Source: Lophium mytilinum (Eukaryota). From it: 64,000 nucleotides of DNA. The notes below the pieces were generated by a model, which was not told where the DNA came from, ran no database searches, and saw only the letters and a list, made by a program, of their open reading frames with translations. Below are positions 24,073 through 38,397 of this stretch, piece by piece. The translations under genes and the position numbers were made by a program. Location: assembly GCA_010093605.1 (NCBI GenBank), contig MU004191.1:976816-1040815 (forward strand). The letters run 5' to 3'. Positions within the stretch are counted from its first letter, which is position 1; each line of letters starts with the position of its first letter.

Positions 24073-25975
24073 CTATAACGCTTCGAGAATAGTTTTCGTC
24101 ATAGCAAGAACCTTTTCTTCTTCAAGTCTTCTCGCTATCAGTTGCAAACTCACAGGCATACCATGTACTAGATCTTTGTTATCTAGTGTAGGGAGAGTTA
24201 GCGAATGCAGATTCATAGACATGTATTCTGCATCGGGAGCTCACATTCGTCTCGAATTTCCTTATCTGTCTCAGTCATGGGTTGGTAGTCAGAACCATAC
24301 TGGTCTACCTCTTTATTTGCTTTCACGCGGCAAGGGAAAGATACAGCGGAATAGTCAAGGACGTTAAAGGTCCCAGTGTAGCCCACATGCTTAAACTTCC
24401 CACTTTCAACGGATGCGTACGGGGTAGTTGGGCCTAGAGAAGACATTAGTACCGCGTTCTCTAGTTGCTTTAAGATAGCCTAAATGAGTTACCCAGAAGA
24501 GCGTCGACGCCATGACAGTTCCATTGGTCGAGATATGCTTTTTGAAAGTCGGTTCGCTCTAAGTGCAGCTGCCACATCTCGTGAACGCCCATCTCTGAAG
24601 CAAGTTCATAGCCACTCATCTCTGGTCGGAAAGGTTCATCGGTAGGCTTCAGGATATGGCGCACGGATTTACCGCCATCTGCGACGAACATTCGTTGCTG
24701 TCGTGCACTGTGAGAGATGGTACTGCGACATCAGAATTGCTGCTTACTATAAGGCTGACGGCCTGCTTGTGCGTACTCGTGTCCCAATCTATAAGTTCAT
24801 GTCCCGCTTTCTTTAGCTTTTCCACGGTTTCTCGCAACGCACGCTGCACTGGTGGAGTCGGCGTGACCATCCCATCATTCCAGATCACCCCAATTTTCAG
24901 CTTTAACTTGGGCTCGACAAGGCGCCATGGAATCGGAAGACATTTTGGGTCATGCATCCAGGGCTCAAGCCCGACAACTGTCTTTGAGAAAAGCACTATA
25001 TCATCAAGGGTCTTTCCCATAGGTCCGTTGACGCTAGCAACCGCCTCCTGACCCGCAAGTCCAGAACGCGCACGCAGAGTCGGGAAACGGCCGAGAGATG
25101 GACGTAGTGTGAAAATACCAGTACATGCTGCAGGTATTCGAAGGGATCCGCCTAAATTCGGTCAATTTGAGTTCCAACCGCTCTCAGTATTATCAAAAGC
25201 TAGAACTTACCTATATCGGTTCCTATCCCAAGAGGACTTCCACCGAAGACGATCAACGCCGACTCACCCCCAGAGGAGCCCCCTGAGGTTAGTGCCCGAT
25301 TCAATGGGTTTACAGTCCGCCCGAAAACGTTGTTCACTGTCTCTGCGATCATCATGGCCGTTGGAACGTTCGTTTTGACATAGAACACAGCACCGGCGTC
25401 ACGGAGCAGCTCTACTAAGGTGCTATTGTATGTCTGCGGGTCATCCACCCATGACGTGAAGCCCACTGTGCTGTCCTTTCCAACTATGTTGAAGTTGTCC
25501 TTCAGCGATATTGGCAGACCGTGGAGGGGTCCAATTGTTTTTCCAGTCTTTGCAAGATGTTTGTCTAGGGCCTTTGCGGTCTCAACTGCTTCATCGAAGA
25601 ATGCCTCACTTAGGCAGTTCGTCTAGAGACAGGCACTGGCCATCAGTAAAGGCCATAATCGCCGAATCTGCAGTTTCTATAACGTACAAGCTGATGAGCC
25701 GCTGCCGCCCTCTTGCAAAAAGCCTTGGTAACATGCTCGGATGACCACGCTTTGCTGGCAATCTTCTCAAGCAGCGCTGACGCAGTGGTTGAGGTTATTT
25801 CCAATTCCTCCGGAGTGAACCATTTGGACTCTGCGGGAAACTGGGATACATCCAGCTGTGTCTCTGGAGGGAGAATGTCGGTAGGGATGCGAAATGCAGG
25901 TGGAATTGACTGCGTCAGTGCGGCGCGTTTAGCGGAGGCCTTTTTTGCCCACACCGTCTCATCGACTACAGCCAT
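24073..25975 (-). CDS. amidase-signature family enzyme (acetamidase/general amidase)
   Basis: GPLHGLPISLKD, VKTNVPT.MM..ET.NN.FGRT.NP, TSGGSSGGE, GTDIGGSLRIP. C-terminal HGMPVSLQLIARRLEEEKVL. Multiple introns. Confidence 0.93.
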
Positions 25976-26588
25976 CTTTCCCTCAGGCTTTCGCGTGGTG
26001 TTTGTCTCTCAATTGATCGCAAGGCGCGTTCTTATACCGCTTTGGACGGAGCAAACATCTGTATGTATTCTATGTGGTCCCTGGGTGGCGAGGTGACCCC
26101 TCAAAAGAACCCCATTCGTTCCCCACTTACACCACCTTTAGATGCCCCGGATCCCATGCCGTGCTGATTGCAACCCTTCTGCCGATCAAGCGCTACGATT
26201 ACATATAGCATGAAAGCCGCGTGATGCCTGCATGTTTGGCTCTTATCGCAAACCTTACTCCTCTTTTTCGGCTTCAACGTGCCGATTTCTGAATTGTCGA
26301 GCCGTAGGCCAGATTTCTGTACGGGCCCATTGGGTACTCGCTCTGTGACATCTGCCGAATATCAGAACACCATCGAGGAAGACCTGGGCCTTGGCAGTGT
26401 CGGCTTTCCGTGTTCCTATCTTTCTCGTATTCTATCAGGGAAGCGCATACCTAAATCAGACTTTGACCTCTTTGACGACCTGTGACCCTGATGCCAGGGT
26501 AGTCTGTCGCGATTATAAACTACTTGAAAGGCCCACCCAGTTCAGTCTTCTGGCTAGTGCTTCAGGTGTCTACCGAGCAATCGCCAAA

Positions 26589-28280
26589 ATGGGTTCCAAA
26601 TTTATGGACTACCTGCGCGGCACGCAGAATAAGCCAGGTGAAAGAGCGCTGGTCCAGAAGCTCGATTTCTTCATCCTTACGTTCTGTTGCCTCATGTACT
26701 TTTTGAACTACGTTTGTACACGCATTGTCCGGTCACTGATACTTTAAACTAACGCTTATGTAGCTTGATCGATCTAATTTGGCGAATGCATATCTCTCTG
26801 GGATGAAGGAAGACCTGAATTTCAAAGGCAATCAGTTCAATCAAATCAATACTGTCTTCACGGTTGGGTAAGTCAAGTTAATTTTACGCTTCTTGCCGTA
26901 TGTACTCGAGTGCCAATACCTGTCAGATACACGATTGGCCAAGTGCCGTGCAATGTTGCACTTTACTACATCAAACCGCGAATTTTCTTCCCGTCCATGA
27001 TGGTCATCTGGGCTGGCCTGACCATGTGCACTGCCGCTGTCCACAATCCCCAGGGGATCATGGCAATCCGGTTCTTCCAAGCCATTGCAGAATCCAGTAC
27101 TTTTGTAGGCACCCACTACATTCTAGGCTCGTGGTACACAGAGAAAGAACTCGGCAAACGCAGCGGTATTTTCACTGCCTCTGGCTTAGCTGGAACTATG
27201 ATCGGCGGCTTCATTCAAACCGGGATCAACTCCAGCATGGATGGACTGAGTGGATTGGCAGGATGGCGATGGCTCTTCATCGTAAAAATTCCATCATCCC
27301 GGGCTTCTTATTCCCACCTGCTAATACACCCCCTAGATCGATGGCATAATCACCCTTCCAGTCGCGCTCTACGGCTTCTTCTTCTTCCCCGACACTCCTA
27401 GTACCACCACAGCCCCCTACTTCAGCGCCGACGAAAAAGCCCTTGCCCTATCCCGCGTCCCCGAAGTCGACGAACGCACACCCATCTCCCTCTCCTTCCT
27501 CAAGCGCTGTTTCCGCTCATGGTACTGGTACGGCTTCGTAATGCTCTGGATCATAGCCGGCGAAACAGAGTCCTTCTCCTCCAACTCCCTCCTCGGCCGT
27601 ACGCATTCCCCCCTTGTGTTAGCCACCCCCTACCTCATCGTGCTAAACCCCCTCGCAGTCTACATGAAAGCCAACCCCACGCACAAATACACCCGCGCTC
27701 AGCTAAACGACTACCCCACCGGCGTGCCCGCCGTCGGCATCATCTCAACCCTCTTCTGGGCCACCCTGACCGACTTCTGGGGCGGCAAGCGCTATCTCGT
27801 CGGCTACTGGATCGGGATCACAGGCGTCGTAACGTCCGCCATGATCCTCGCCCCGGGCGCGAGCACCGCCGTGCACTTCGGCGCGTACTACTGGGCGGGT
27901 TCTGTGTACGCGTGCCAAGCGACGTTCTTCGCGTGGGCGAACGATGTGCTGCGGTACGAGGAGGACTCGCTGCGCGCGGTGGTGATTGCGAGTATGAATA
28001 TGGGGAGTAATGCCGTGAATGCGTGGTGGAGTATCATCTTCTATTCGGCGGACCAGGCGCCGCAGTTTACGGTAAGTATCCGATTGCTTTTGAGCTTTTC
28101 GAGAGGAGGTTACTGATTTTAGTGCAGAGAGGTATGTGGGCAATGATCGCCACGTCGATTGCGCTCGCGGTCTGGACGACGGGGATGCTGTATATGACGG
28201 TTCGCGAGGAGAAGAAGAGGGTGTTAACTCGCGCAGAAAGTATACCAGGGAAATCGGAGGTTGTGGAGGAGAAAGTTTGA
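26589..28280 (+). CDS. MFS anion:cation symporter family permease (pantothenate transporter Liz1/Fen2-like)
   Basis: [76 protein letters not shown]. Several introns. Confidence 0.9.
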
Positions 28281-28792
28281 GGATACCTTACCTACTACAC
28301 TCAAATACGCTACATATATCTACCCAGCCTTTGGCATTCGATTCTAAAGAAGAGCATACGCCGCGCTCGCGAGTTTCTGGAGTTGCCCCCTTTGGAAGAG
28401 ACCAGTCAAAAAGGCCCTGCATGTTATCAAGAAGTGCAAACGGGAGCACCTCCGATTTCTAGGAATAGTTAACATCACAGAATTAGCTTACCAAAGACTC
28501 CCATAGGTGGGGATAGAGGCGAGCATACGTGAAATCAGGGGACGTAGTCAGCCATGAACGGACGGCGATCAAATATCTTATTCTCAAGTAGTGTCAAGCC
28601 TGATCTTGATCAGCTATATAACGTTTATAACGCCGTGGGCCCCGTCCTATGCATGAGCCTCTCGCCGAGAACGCCGAATCCCACATTGTTAGTTTCAAAT
28701 GACGCCACACCATGCAAGCTCTGTCATCCGGAACCTCTATCGAAAATCACCGCGAGTGCCTCTAATTTCCTTTTTCAAACCATTCAAGCTGA

Positions 28793-30807
28793 CTAATTAC
28801 CCCATCCTGCATTCCCGAATCCTTGAGCAAATCCGCTCAACGGGTCTGCATCTATACCATCTAGATTCAGGTAGTCGTCCAGCATAGCAACGTCGCCTGA
28901 CAGCGCTGGCTGATGTTGTTGCTGCAGTGGCTGTGGAGGTGGAGGAGGTGGTGGATCAATCCCATCTACGACATTCGTTCCGTGTGGCACAGCACCTCCA
29001 AAGGCGCTTACACGTTGGTCGATCCTGTTGAGTGCGTTGGAGCTATCGCCTCTGCTATTCATCCACGTGCCGACGTCGCCATTGCCTCTCACTACCTCGG
29101 CGCGGCAATCTGAATCCGGCTGAAGGATTGGGGCCAGCATGCTGGACTCGTACCAGCGGCCTTTGATGTCTGTTATTTCAACACGGGCCTGAGGAGAGAC
29201 GAGGTTCCAAAGGCCGTACGAGCCGAGGGCCGGGAGGGTAAGGCTATTGCGCCAACGGAGATCTTCGCGGACACGAAGGGGGAGAGCTGAGAAGTTCGGG
29301 ATATCCGGTACTTGTGTGCGCGATGGAGACGTGCGCGAGATGAAGGTATAGACGTCGCCGACGAAGTATGCGACGGTTGGGGTAGGTAAAGGAACGGCAG
29401 ATGAAGATGTGGTTTGGGGCTGGCGCCGCTCGAGAATCGCAGTCACGATCATGATGTCGCTACCGCTCCCTATGCGGAGACGGACAGGCTCGCCGGCCCA
29501 TATCTTTTCGGCACCTAGGTACATACCGTTGAAGTAGCGTTCTTCAAATCCGTTTTGAGTGACCGAGGTTCGCAGAAGCTCGAAAGGCGTATAAGTCCCG
29601 TCGATGGCCTTCGCACCGAGGATGGAAGCATCGACCTCGACATCACCGCCGTGGCCGTACTTTTCAGTCAGCAGGCCATGCCAGTCGACTTGTTGGTAGA
29701 GTAACGAGCGACTTAGCAGGTATGGGGTGGTGCATGGAGGAGCAGACCACGCAAGCCAGGGGCGGAGAAGACTCTCTTGGTCTATGATTGAAGTGTGCGG
29801 GTGTTGCAGGGGGTGCGAGAGAGGCTGAATCAGGTAGTTTCGTAGCTCTGTCTGCATCCACCGCCGTATTATGACTCCTAAGCCCCAGGCACTGCCGCGA
29901 TTGTGCCAAACAAGCTCACCAGATCGGAATATGAATCTGTTGTACTCAGCATCAAACTGCTGATCACGAGATCGAGGTTGTGGGAGCGGAGACGGCGTGG
30001 GTGCAGTCACTCGCTGGGCCAAGGAGTTAGTACGTATGTGTCCATCGAGAGGATTCGGAGTCGAGGGCTTGGAAGTGGTGGGCTGTGAAGGATTGATGCT
30101 CATCCTACGCACGTTCTCCGAGAGGGCTGCCTTTCCAATAGCAGGCGATTTTGTGGAACCCTCCTCCTTCTTGATGCTGGGAGCTGGAGTGGAGGCTTTT
30201 TCTTTGTCCTTTGCTGTCTTGTCTCCCTCTATCTCCTCTGGGCAACATATCTTGCAAGAGCAATTGTCTTGGTCTCCATCCTTATCCGTCGTCAGCCAAA
30301 GGAGGTGAGGGAAGAAGTCTGCAGGGCTTCTGAAGCGCTTTCTCGGCCCCATGGGGTGGCCATATAGGTACGCATCTTGACGGTCATGACCGCCTCCGGA
30401 ATGGTTCTTGGAACGGTGGGATCTGTTGCCTTCGCCAACGGGCCCGCTAGACTTGATGTGCTCGTAGAGGCGGTAGTTCTCTGGGAATTCGTATAGGATG
30501 CTTGTGGTGGCCTTGTCTGGAGTGGGTGAGCGAGTGCTATGAATGGGGAAGAATCGAGCCTAGAATACATACCTTTGTCTTGCGGACTTCCGATCTCCCT
30601 CATGAGCATGCCTGCAAGCTTTCTCCGCCAGTCCATGTGCTTGACTTCCTGGGGCCCCAACTCGCGGTAGTAGTCTTGCATGCCCTTTGCGTCTGGCGTT
30701 CTGTCGAGCTGCTCTTTAGTAGGTCCATTCTGCTGCTTGCCCGTCCGCGTAGGTATTTCTGTCTTGCCGTCGGAGCGCGCAATGTGGAGGGGATAAAATC
30801 GTGTCAT
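28793..30807 (-). CDS. clr2: cryptic loci regulator 2 (Clr2-family silencing protein)
   Basis: HMDWRRKLAGML, FPENYRLYEH.K, DAYLYGHP.GP.KRFRSPADFFPHLLWL...C.CKIC (Clr2 N-terminus). GMYLGAEKIW.GEPVRL and GRWYE (Clr2 C-terminal domain). One intron ~30572-30505. Confidence 0.88.
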
Positions 30808-31448
30808 GATGCTGGCATGGCTGGGAGTGCTCTTTCTGAGAGGTGAGGCGCGTTTGCTGGAGGACCTTCAAGTCTCGGGGAAAGGTCGTCGTACGTACAA
30901 CCTCCGAAAACGTAGATGCAGCAGGCAATCAGGCTGTGCAGTCTAAGGGCAAGCTACAGCGAGATTTCTTACCGCTTGGGGTGGCTTGAATGAGGTTCAC
31001 GACTGTCCAGAAGAGTTGTGGTGGCGTTCGAATAAAGCGGTGGTTGAAGTATGCTTGGCACCATTTATCCAAACGCGTGAATGCGCGACTGAGGTCCCGT
31101 CCCATCCCTCCGCCGCAGAAAACCCCCCTCAGCACCCACCACTGGACTTCCGTCTCGCTGCAGACAGGCTCGGGGCGAAATAGATTTCAGTTCACCAACA
31201 GCGCTATAGACAGGCTGCTGCCCCTGGTTTGCTGGCTGCGCGTAACCATTTCTTACTTACATTCCACTTTGACAGCGGCGGGTCCTTCCTGGCCTCTTTT
31301 CACTACCTCGCCCATGTATCACTAGAACTTCACCTCTCTCGCGTCCCCGACCTTCCGCCGAACCCCCGAGCTGCTCGCCTAGAGGCTGACCTCCGTCACC
31401 ACCTTTTCACTCTCCGCAACAGCCTCCTTCGCTACATCCACTCCCACG

Positions 31449-34400
31449 ATGGATCTGCCCAGAGTGCGGCTAGGGTCTCCGCTCCCAATCACTCCAAAGA
31501 AGCGGCCGCATGGCCTTGTCGACGACCTGTTGCAGCAATTTGGATCCGTGAACTCGCCTTCGTCCATTACCAAGGCCAGAAAAACCTCCATCGCCACCCC
31601 GATTACAAGTGAGCGCGAACGCCGACATCGCAAGTCGGACGGGGGCTACGTCGCATCAAGCTTGTCCAACACATCGTCTACCTCTACCTCGAAAACGCTT
31701 CCGATGCAGGATACGCCGCCTTCGGAGGACAAACCTAAAAATGAGAATGGCATGGAGGAAATGCAAATAGGGGACGACGCGGTCACGTCGGGACGCTCCA
31801 TGAGGCCTCGTAGAGCGCAAACGCAGAGGAAGAGTGTGGAAGATCTGAAGGTCGAAGCATCACAGCGGCGGGAGTCGTCTAGCCGCCGCAGTACTCGAAA
31901 TGCGAATAAGATTCTAGTTTCCGACACCCTCTTCGATGACTTCGAGGAACCTGCTAAGACTGTCAAACCGAAGCCTGATACAGCTCGCAATCGAGTGCGA
32001 GAGGAAATTGCGGCTCAGACAATGGTCAAGAGAGACAACTTCATCCTCGCACACAAGGACTATTTCCTGCCTCTTCTCCCTGAGACCAACTATGTCGCAA
32101 AGCTCGCTAGACAGGCCAGCTCGGAGCCTGCGATTTCCCATTATGTTGATTTCATCGAGCAGCCGAAAGGGTACGTCCTGATTTCCCACTGTGCGAACTA
32201 TACAAAATGCTAATACATCTCAGTGTGAAAGCAGTGATGAAGCCGTACCAGCTCAGTGGCTTGTCTTTTCTTGTCCATATGTACAATAACGGAATGTCGG
32301 CCATGCTTGGCGATGAGATGGGACTGGGAAAGACGCTGCAGACTCTTTCACTGTTCCAGTATCTTGAGGAGCGCGATCAAGCCTCTGGAGCCGCATCCGC
32401 AGAGAAGAGACCTTTCCTAGTTGTCTGTCCGCTCAGTGTTCTTAGCTCGTGGGTTAGTGAAGCCCGCCGCTGGGTGCCTGACCTGAACGTTCTCCGTTTC
32501 CACGGACCATCAAGTCAGCGCGACCATCTGAAGAAGGTCGCAACCGGCCAAGAAGACTGGTTTGGTAATGAAACGAACCAGTCCAAAAAGAGAAAGGCAG
32601 ACCGCAAGCTTGGAAAACGCGTGTCGAAGTTACCCTCTGGAGGCGATAATAATGATTACAAAATCGTCATTACAACGTACGAGACGTTCATGTCTGAACA
32701 AAGCTGGTTCAAGAAAGCATTTGTTTGGCGTTATGCGGTCCTTGACGAAGGCCACAAGATCAAGAACATCGACACAAATATCTCGAAGGCTCTCCAAGGA
32801 CTGAAAGCCGAGTATCGGCTCATCTTGACCGGCACGCCTCTTCAGAACAATCTTCACGAGATGTGGGCGCTTCTCCATTGGCTTTATCCCGAGGTTTTTA
32901 TTGAAAAGACTGCCGATCTCTTCAAGTCGTCCTTTGACTTGAGCAAAGGCCTTGTGAGTACTACAGTAATGGATGACGCTCGCCGACTCTTAGAGCTGGT
33001 CATGCTACGCCGGATGAAGAGCAGTCCCGGTGTCAACCTTGGTCTGCCACCCAAAGAGGAGATCCTGCTCTATGTGCCTCTCACTCCTATGCAGAGATTC
33101 TGGTACACTCGACTCCTGACTCGAGCAGGCGATGGTCTACTCCAAGATATCTTCACCGATGCCAAGGCTAAGGAGAAAGACGCATTAGTGAAAGATACAG
33201 TGGACGATCAAGAGTGGACAAAAATTGCAGAGATCGAAAAACATGCGGAAGACAAGTCGGATGAGTGGGCTGAGACCAGAGCAATCATGAAGCAGGCCAT
33301 TCAGCAAGAGAAAGAGGATTTGACCACAAACTCCGCCTGGAAAAAGCTCATGAATCTCGTCATGCAATTGCGGAAATGCTGCAGTCATCCCTATCTTCTC
33401 CCTAATGCTGCGCCAGAGCCAAATGAGCTGGGGGAGCACGTCATCCGCGCGTCGGGCAAATTCATCGTTCTCGAGAAGCTACTAACGGAGGCCGTAATTA
33501 CGAAAGGAAAGAAAGTCCTCATCTTCTCTTCCTTCACCAAGACGCTGAATTGGTGTGAAGACCTTCTTGCCCTGATGGGCGGTAGAGGAAGTTCCTTCAA
33601 ATACCTTCGATTCGATGGTCACACAGGCCGAGCGCGCCGCAATCTAGGCATCCGTATGTTTAACGACGTAGACTCGGCTTACAAGGTTATGCTGCTTTCC
33701 ACTCGTGCTGGCGGGCTAGGCATCAATTTGGCCACTGCCAGCGATGTCATCTTCATGGATGAAGATTGGAACCCTCAAATCACTTTGCAGGCCGAAGCAC
33801 GCGCACATCGTATTGGGCAGACCAAGCCTGTTACTATCTACAAACTTTGTACCCAAGGCACCGTCGAAGAGCAAATGATGGGTCGCATCCGGAAGAAACT
33901 TTATCTTTCCGCTAAAATCACGGAGTCGATGCGAACTATCCATGGCAACAACACTCAAAAGAAAAAGCAGAAAAAGGGTCGCGTGGAGTCAAATGAAGAT
34001 GATGCACCTATGCTCGACACGTCACAACTGATGTCACTTGTTCGCCGGGGGGCTCAGACCTTGTCGCATCCTCAGATTGATGTAACAGAGATGTTGAGCT
34101 GGGACTTTGCTACGATGATCGAGAAATGTCGCGACAAGCCTCTTGATCCGCACGTGCATCCAGAGGGTGCTTCATCTAGCCGTGTAGACGAAGAAAAGTG
34201 GCTTTCGGTCATGGAGAAAGTTGAGTGTGCTGTCTTCGACGGCAAACGGTACCAGCGTGAAAAGGATGTAGAATCTAAGACCAACATCCTTCCCACGGAA
34301 GTCACGCGCGAAGACCGCCGAAAAGGCAAAAATACCACCGTCAAAGTTGGTGGCTACTACATTAGTAAGGAGTCCATGGGTTGTGCCGATTGGGAGGCCG

Positions 34401-35450
34401 TTCCGACATTCGCTGGCAAGGACCCTCGTCTTGCCGAACCTAAGCGCCAAAAGAAGCAGGTCGTCAATCACGAAGAACATTGCCATGTTTGCTATGACGG
34501 CGGTGAGATAATTTTGTGCTCGGGCTGCCCGCGAACGTAAGTTTGGAGATCAGGCAAATTCAAGAGTAAAAAACCCAAGCTAACCTTTTCCAGGTATCAT
34601 CAAGACTGTCTAAAAGAACATACCAAGGCTAATCCACACGCCTGGAACGGTTTCTACTGTCCACAGCACGAGTGCTCTGATTGCGGAAAGAAGACCACCG
34701 ATGCTGGAGGCCTGATCTTCCGTTGCAGATGGTGCCCACGTGGATATTGTGAAGGTATGTGGCAAGACTCCCATTTTTATTGAAGGATGGACACTGACAG
34801 TCTTTTAAGATTGCCTTGATTGGGACAAGACGAAGCTTATCGGCGAGAATCTTCCTGAATACGAGATGCTTGGTATGCCCGAGAACGAGCAAGCCTACTA
34901 TATCAACTGCCCAGGGTGCACCGATTGGGGCAATGCAGACGATGAAGCTAAGGAGTGGTTCACCTCAACCGAGCGACGATACTCGACCGACTACACGGCC
35001 TGGCGTGAGCAGCAAGAAGTCGAGCATCAAATGTACCAAGAGCAAATGGCACAGCTGAAACTTGACGAGGCGAATCAGAGTAGCTTCAAAGAAGAGGAAG
35101 AGCAACAGGAGGAGATGCTTCCACTTGGCATTGATTACGATGAATTAGGCTCGGATGACATGGAGTACGAGGAGACACGCGGCACCAGCGAGCAACTTTC
35201 GAGCCTCGACGAACCTCCGAGCCTATCTGATTCTGTAGCTGAGACGCCTGCCACGGTAGAGAGCGGTCTTTCAACGCCAAAGCTGAGGTTGAAGTTTGGG
35301 ATTGCTAACAACGCCAAGAAGGACCTCAGAAAGAAGCGAAAGGTTTTCCACGACGACGACCAGGATGATGATGAGAGTGGTTTGTGGGATACGGCTTCTG
35401 ATCCCCTTACCACAGCGGCTAAGAAGGTGAAGGTCAGTGGACGGTCTTGA
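31449..35450 (+). CDS. SNF2-family (ISWI-like core) chromatin-remodelling ATPase with C-terminal PHD-type fingers
   Basis: LGDEMGLGKTLQT, VLDEGHKIKN, LTGTPLQNNLHE.WALL, LRKCCSHPYL, STRAGGLGINL, WNPQ...QA.ARAHRIGQTKPV. Then C..C.DGGE...C..CPR.YH..C and CPQHEC.DC...C..CP..YC..C across introns. Confidence 0.93.
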
Positions 35451-36311
35451 TAGGACTACTCGTTCTCAAGATTCGGTGGCTTATACGCCAGCGGCTCTTG
35501 CGACAAAGATGCGTTACGGTCCTGCGAAGACGTGGTGCGATCAGCAGTGTGCATCACCCTCGGTATTTCTGGATCGGTGTGCTTTGCTTACATGTGGTAT
35601 CGAGACCGCTTCTGTACATGCACGCACTGATGTACGTGATTTTGTCACCAGCAGCTGCTATTCTCGGCCATTATGGGTTTCTGGTTTCTTAGTTTGGGCC
35701 CTGAGGGTGCATATGTCAAGGTATACCCCATTGTATTATATACGGAGCATCTGCTGCAGCAAGTCACTTTGGCTTTTAGTAGTCACAACACTGTCCGAGT
35801 GGACGCTGCGTTGCATAAATCTGAACCAATAAAGGAACAGAATTAAATCAGATTCAATGAACTGGTCTTTGTGCCGTGAGGAGTGATGCTTGGGCCATGC
35901 GATGATCGTGAGTGGTCCTCCCGCTCACTAATCGATCCACCAGCGAATTGCACAATTTCACATCTAATTCCGCAAGGTTTTCTACGTTGGTACGCTGGGC
36001 AATGCGGGGCATGCTGACGACGACTTTGGCCGGGTTTGCCGGTACGCTGGAAGCAGATTGTTTGGTCTGTATGCAATACGGTCTGATTTCTCGACTCCGG
36101 GACTCTTTGCATCCGGCCCCTTGTAAAATGAGGGACTTACTTCCCCATCAAAAATGGGGTACCTTCTACAAAATTTATTGCTCACTTGATTCCATTTGCT
36201 CTCTAAAGCGCTTTTCGCCGTCATACTTGAGACTTTCTGTTCCTGTTTTGTGTTTGGAAATCAAGAGTAGTTTTGCTTTCATTGATAGTTGCGAACTGTT
36301 CTCCACCAATC

Positions 36312-37141
36312 ATGCGCTTCCGCACCGGCGCCATCCTCATCGGTGCTCTAGCAGCACTCATCAGCCTCTACTCCGTCCTGGAAGCGCGTCTCTCAGACTT
36401 TTATATCTTCGATTCGCCATCCCTCCACGCACTCGCTCGCGAAGCGATCACTAACCATGGCAACGACACCGCTGCTATGGTGCGCTACATCGTCGATGAC
36501 CTCTCGCAAAAGCACCCGAAGAACATCAATCTAGAAGAAGAATGGGTCTTCAACAACGCCGGTGGTGCGATGGGCGCGATGTATATCCTCCATGCGAGTG
36601 AGTAACGCGAGCGTCACGTGATATCGCAACTACTCCTACATCTACAGTAGACCCTAGCTTCTGACATCCATGTTCTAAGAGCCTAGTAAATTAACAATCG
36701 TTCCTAGGTGTAACAGAGTATGTCATTATCTTCGGTGAGTCCACTCCCAGCCAACTTGTCCTGCTCAAACCTGAATTCGAACTAAAAACTACCCCAGGCA
36801 CAGCCGTTGGCACCGAAGGCCACTCAGGCCGCCACCCCGTTGACAACTTCTTCCACATCCTCACCGGGACGCAAACTGCCTACACACCCGGCCCCGGGTC
36901 TTTCCTACCAGAAGTATATCCGCCCGGAAGTATGCACTACATGCCCCGCGGCACGGTCCAGCAGTATAAGATGGACAGCACGTGCTTCGCGCTCGAATAC
37001 TCGAGGGGTTGGATCCCGCCGATGCTGTTCTTTGGGCTGGCAGATATGGTGACGAGTACGCTGGATTTCCAGAATATATGGCGTACAGGGTTGATCACGG
37101 CGCGGGAGATGGGGCGGAATTTGGGGGCTGGGAAGTTTTAG
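36312..37141 (+). CDS. ERG2: C-8 sterol isomerase (sigma-1 receptor family)
   Basis: [59 protein letters not shown].AD. Two introns. Confidence 0.95.
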
Positions 37142-38397
37142 AGTGGCTAGGAGAGGGTGTGGCTGGGGGGTTTCGGGGCGGAGGGGTTAATGTCTAATCT
37201 GAGCTCAGATCGCAGATTTGTGTGAATGGTATCAAGCCTTGATTGGGCCAGTTCGTTCCGAGGGGCTTCACTGCGTTACCGTGGATGCCCTTAGGTTGTG
37301 CCATGGACTGAGGTTGTTCGGCTGATTTCCGGTATGTACTATAAGTGTAAATTTAAACCTTGTGGACCGCAGTCCTTCCATCTGGCACTGTTGGAAAGTC
37401 GCATTGGAAAACTAGTGTGTGTCTTGATCGGCCTGACACGAACCTTGGCAGACGGTCTTGGGCGGTGGTAGATCAATATAAATTAGCTAGACATGTGTCT
37501 CCTCGCTCCAGGGTCTTGTCTGCATCGACTCACCAGAAAAAAGTGGCAGCGCCAATGGATATTAGTAATAGGCGAGAGCCTCCAGTGTCGGCTGCTTCAC
37601 TTCCACCGGTGTACCTATCAACTTCGTACGGACTGAACACTACGGAATACCGTGCGCGAAACAAGGGCTTTTGTGTGTGAAATCCCCTGTTCTACGCACG
37701 GTAGTGTTCAGTCCGCACAAGGCGGGACGTCCCGACCTTATCTTAAAATAGAACAATCTTCGCGGCGTAACTTGAACCTGATTAGCGTCTGCCGGAGGAT
37801 ATGCAATCCTTCAGCCCCGAGAACGTCCTTCATCTCCTTGATCCTCCAGCACACGTGCTTGGCGGAATCCTTCCCAGCTCGCTTCCGTTCTGTTGGAAGT
37901 GTTTGGCAGGGAACAAACTTGCTGCCTGAATGATCAGAATGCTCGCTGACAACTGCTGTGTCGAAGTATCTTAGCCCCAACATTTAGCCCCCAAATTGAC
38001 AAGGCTGCGAGGCTAGCTAAAGTGAAACTCCCTGCCGCACTTGGTGCCTGGCGCGATAAAGCCAGGTCGTTCCCTGTAGAGTACGTCACTCGGCTTCGGT
38101 CCGCGTTCATCTGGTTGGACAACAGCTGGATGTCTGCAAATCAGCGCCTACGGGCTCCTTGAAACCAACGTGCAGTCTTGGCGAAAGTCCGCAGCCCTGC
38201 AGCCTTGAAAGCTGGGAGTGCGCACATGGGGTGTGGTTGAACGTGCTGCTCGCAGGGCCTAGCTATGGTTCGGTTCTCTTGAATCCTTCTCGCGCAGCTT
38301 CTTCCTTAAAGCTAGTTCTAACGACCTTTTTCTGCTTTTTGCCCTTTTCCGTGCTGGTCGCAGTCGGGATCTCTGTTGAGATCCATAGATCGGATCC

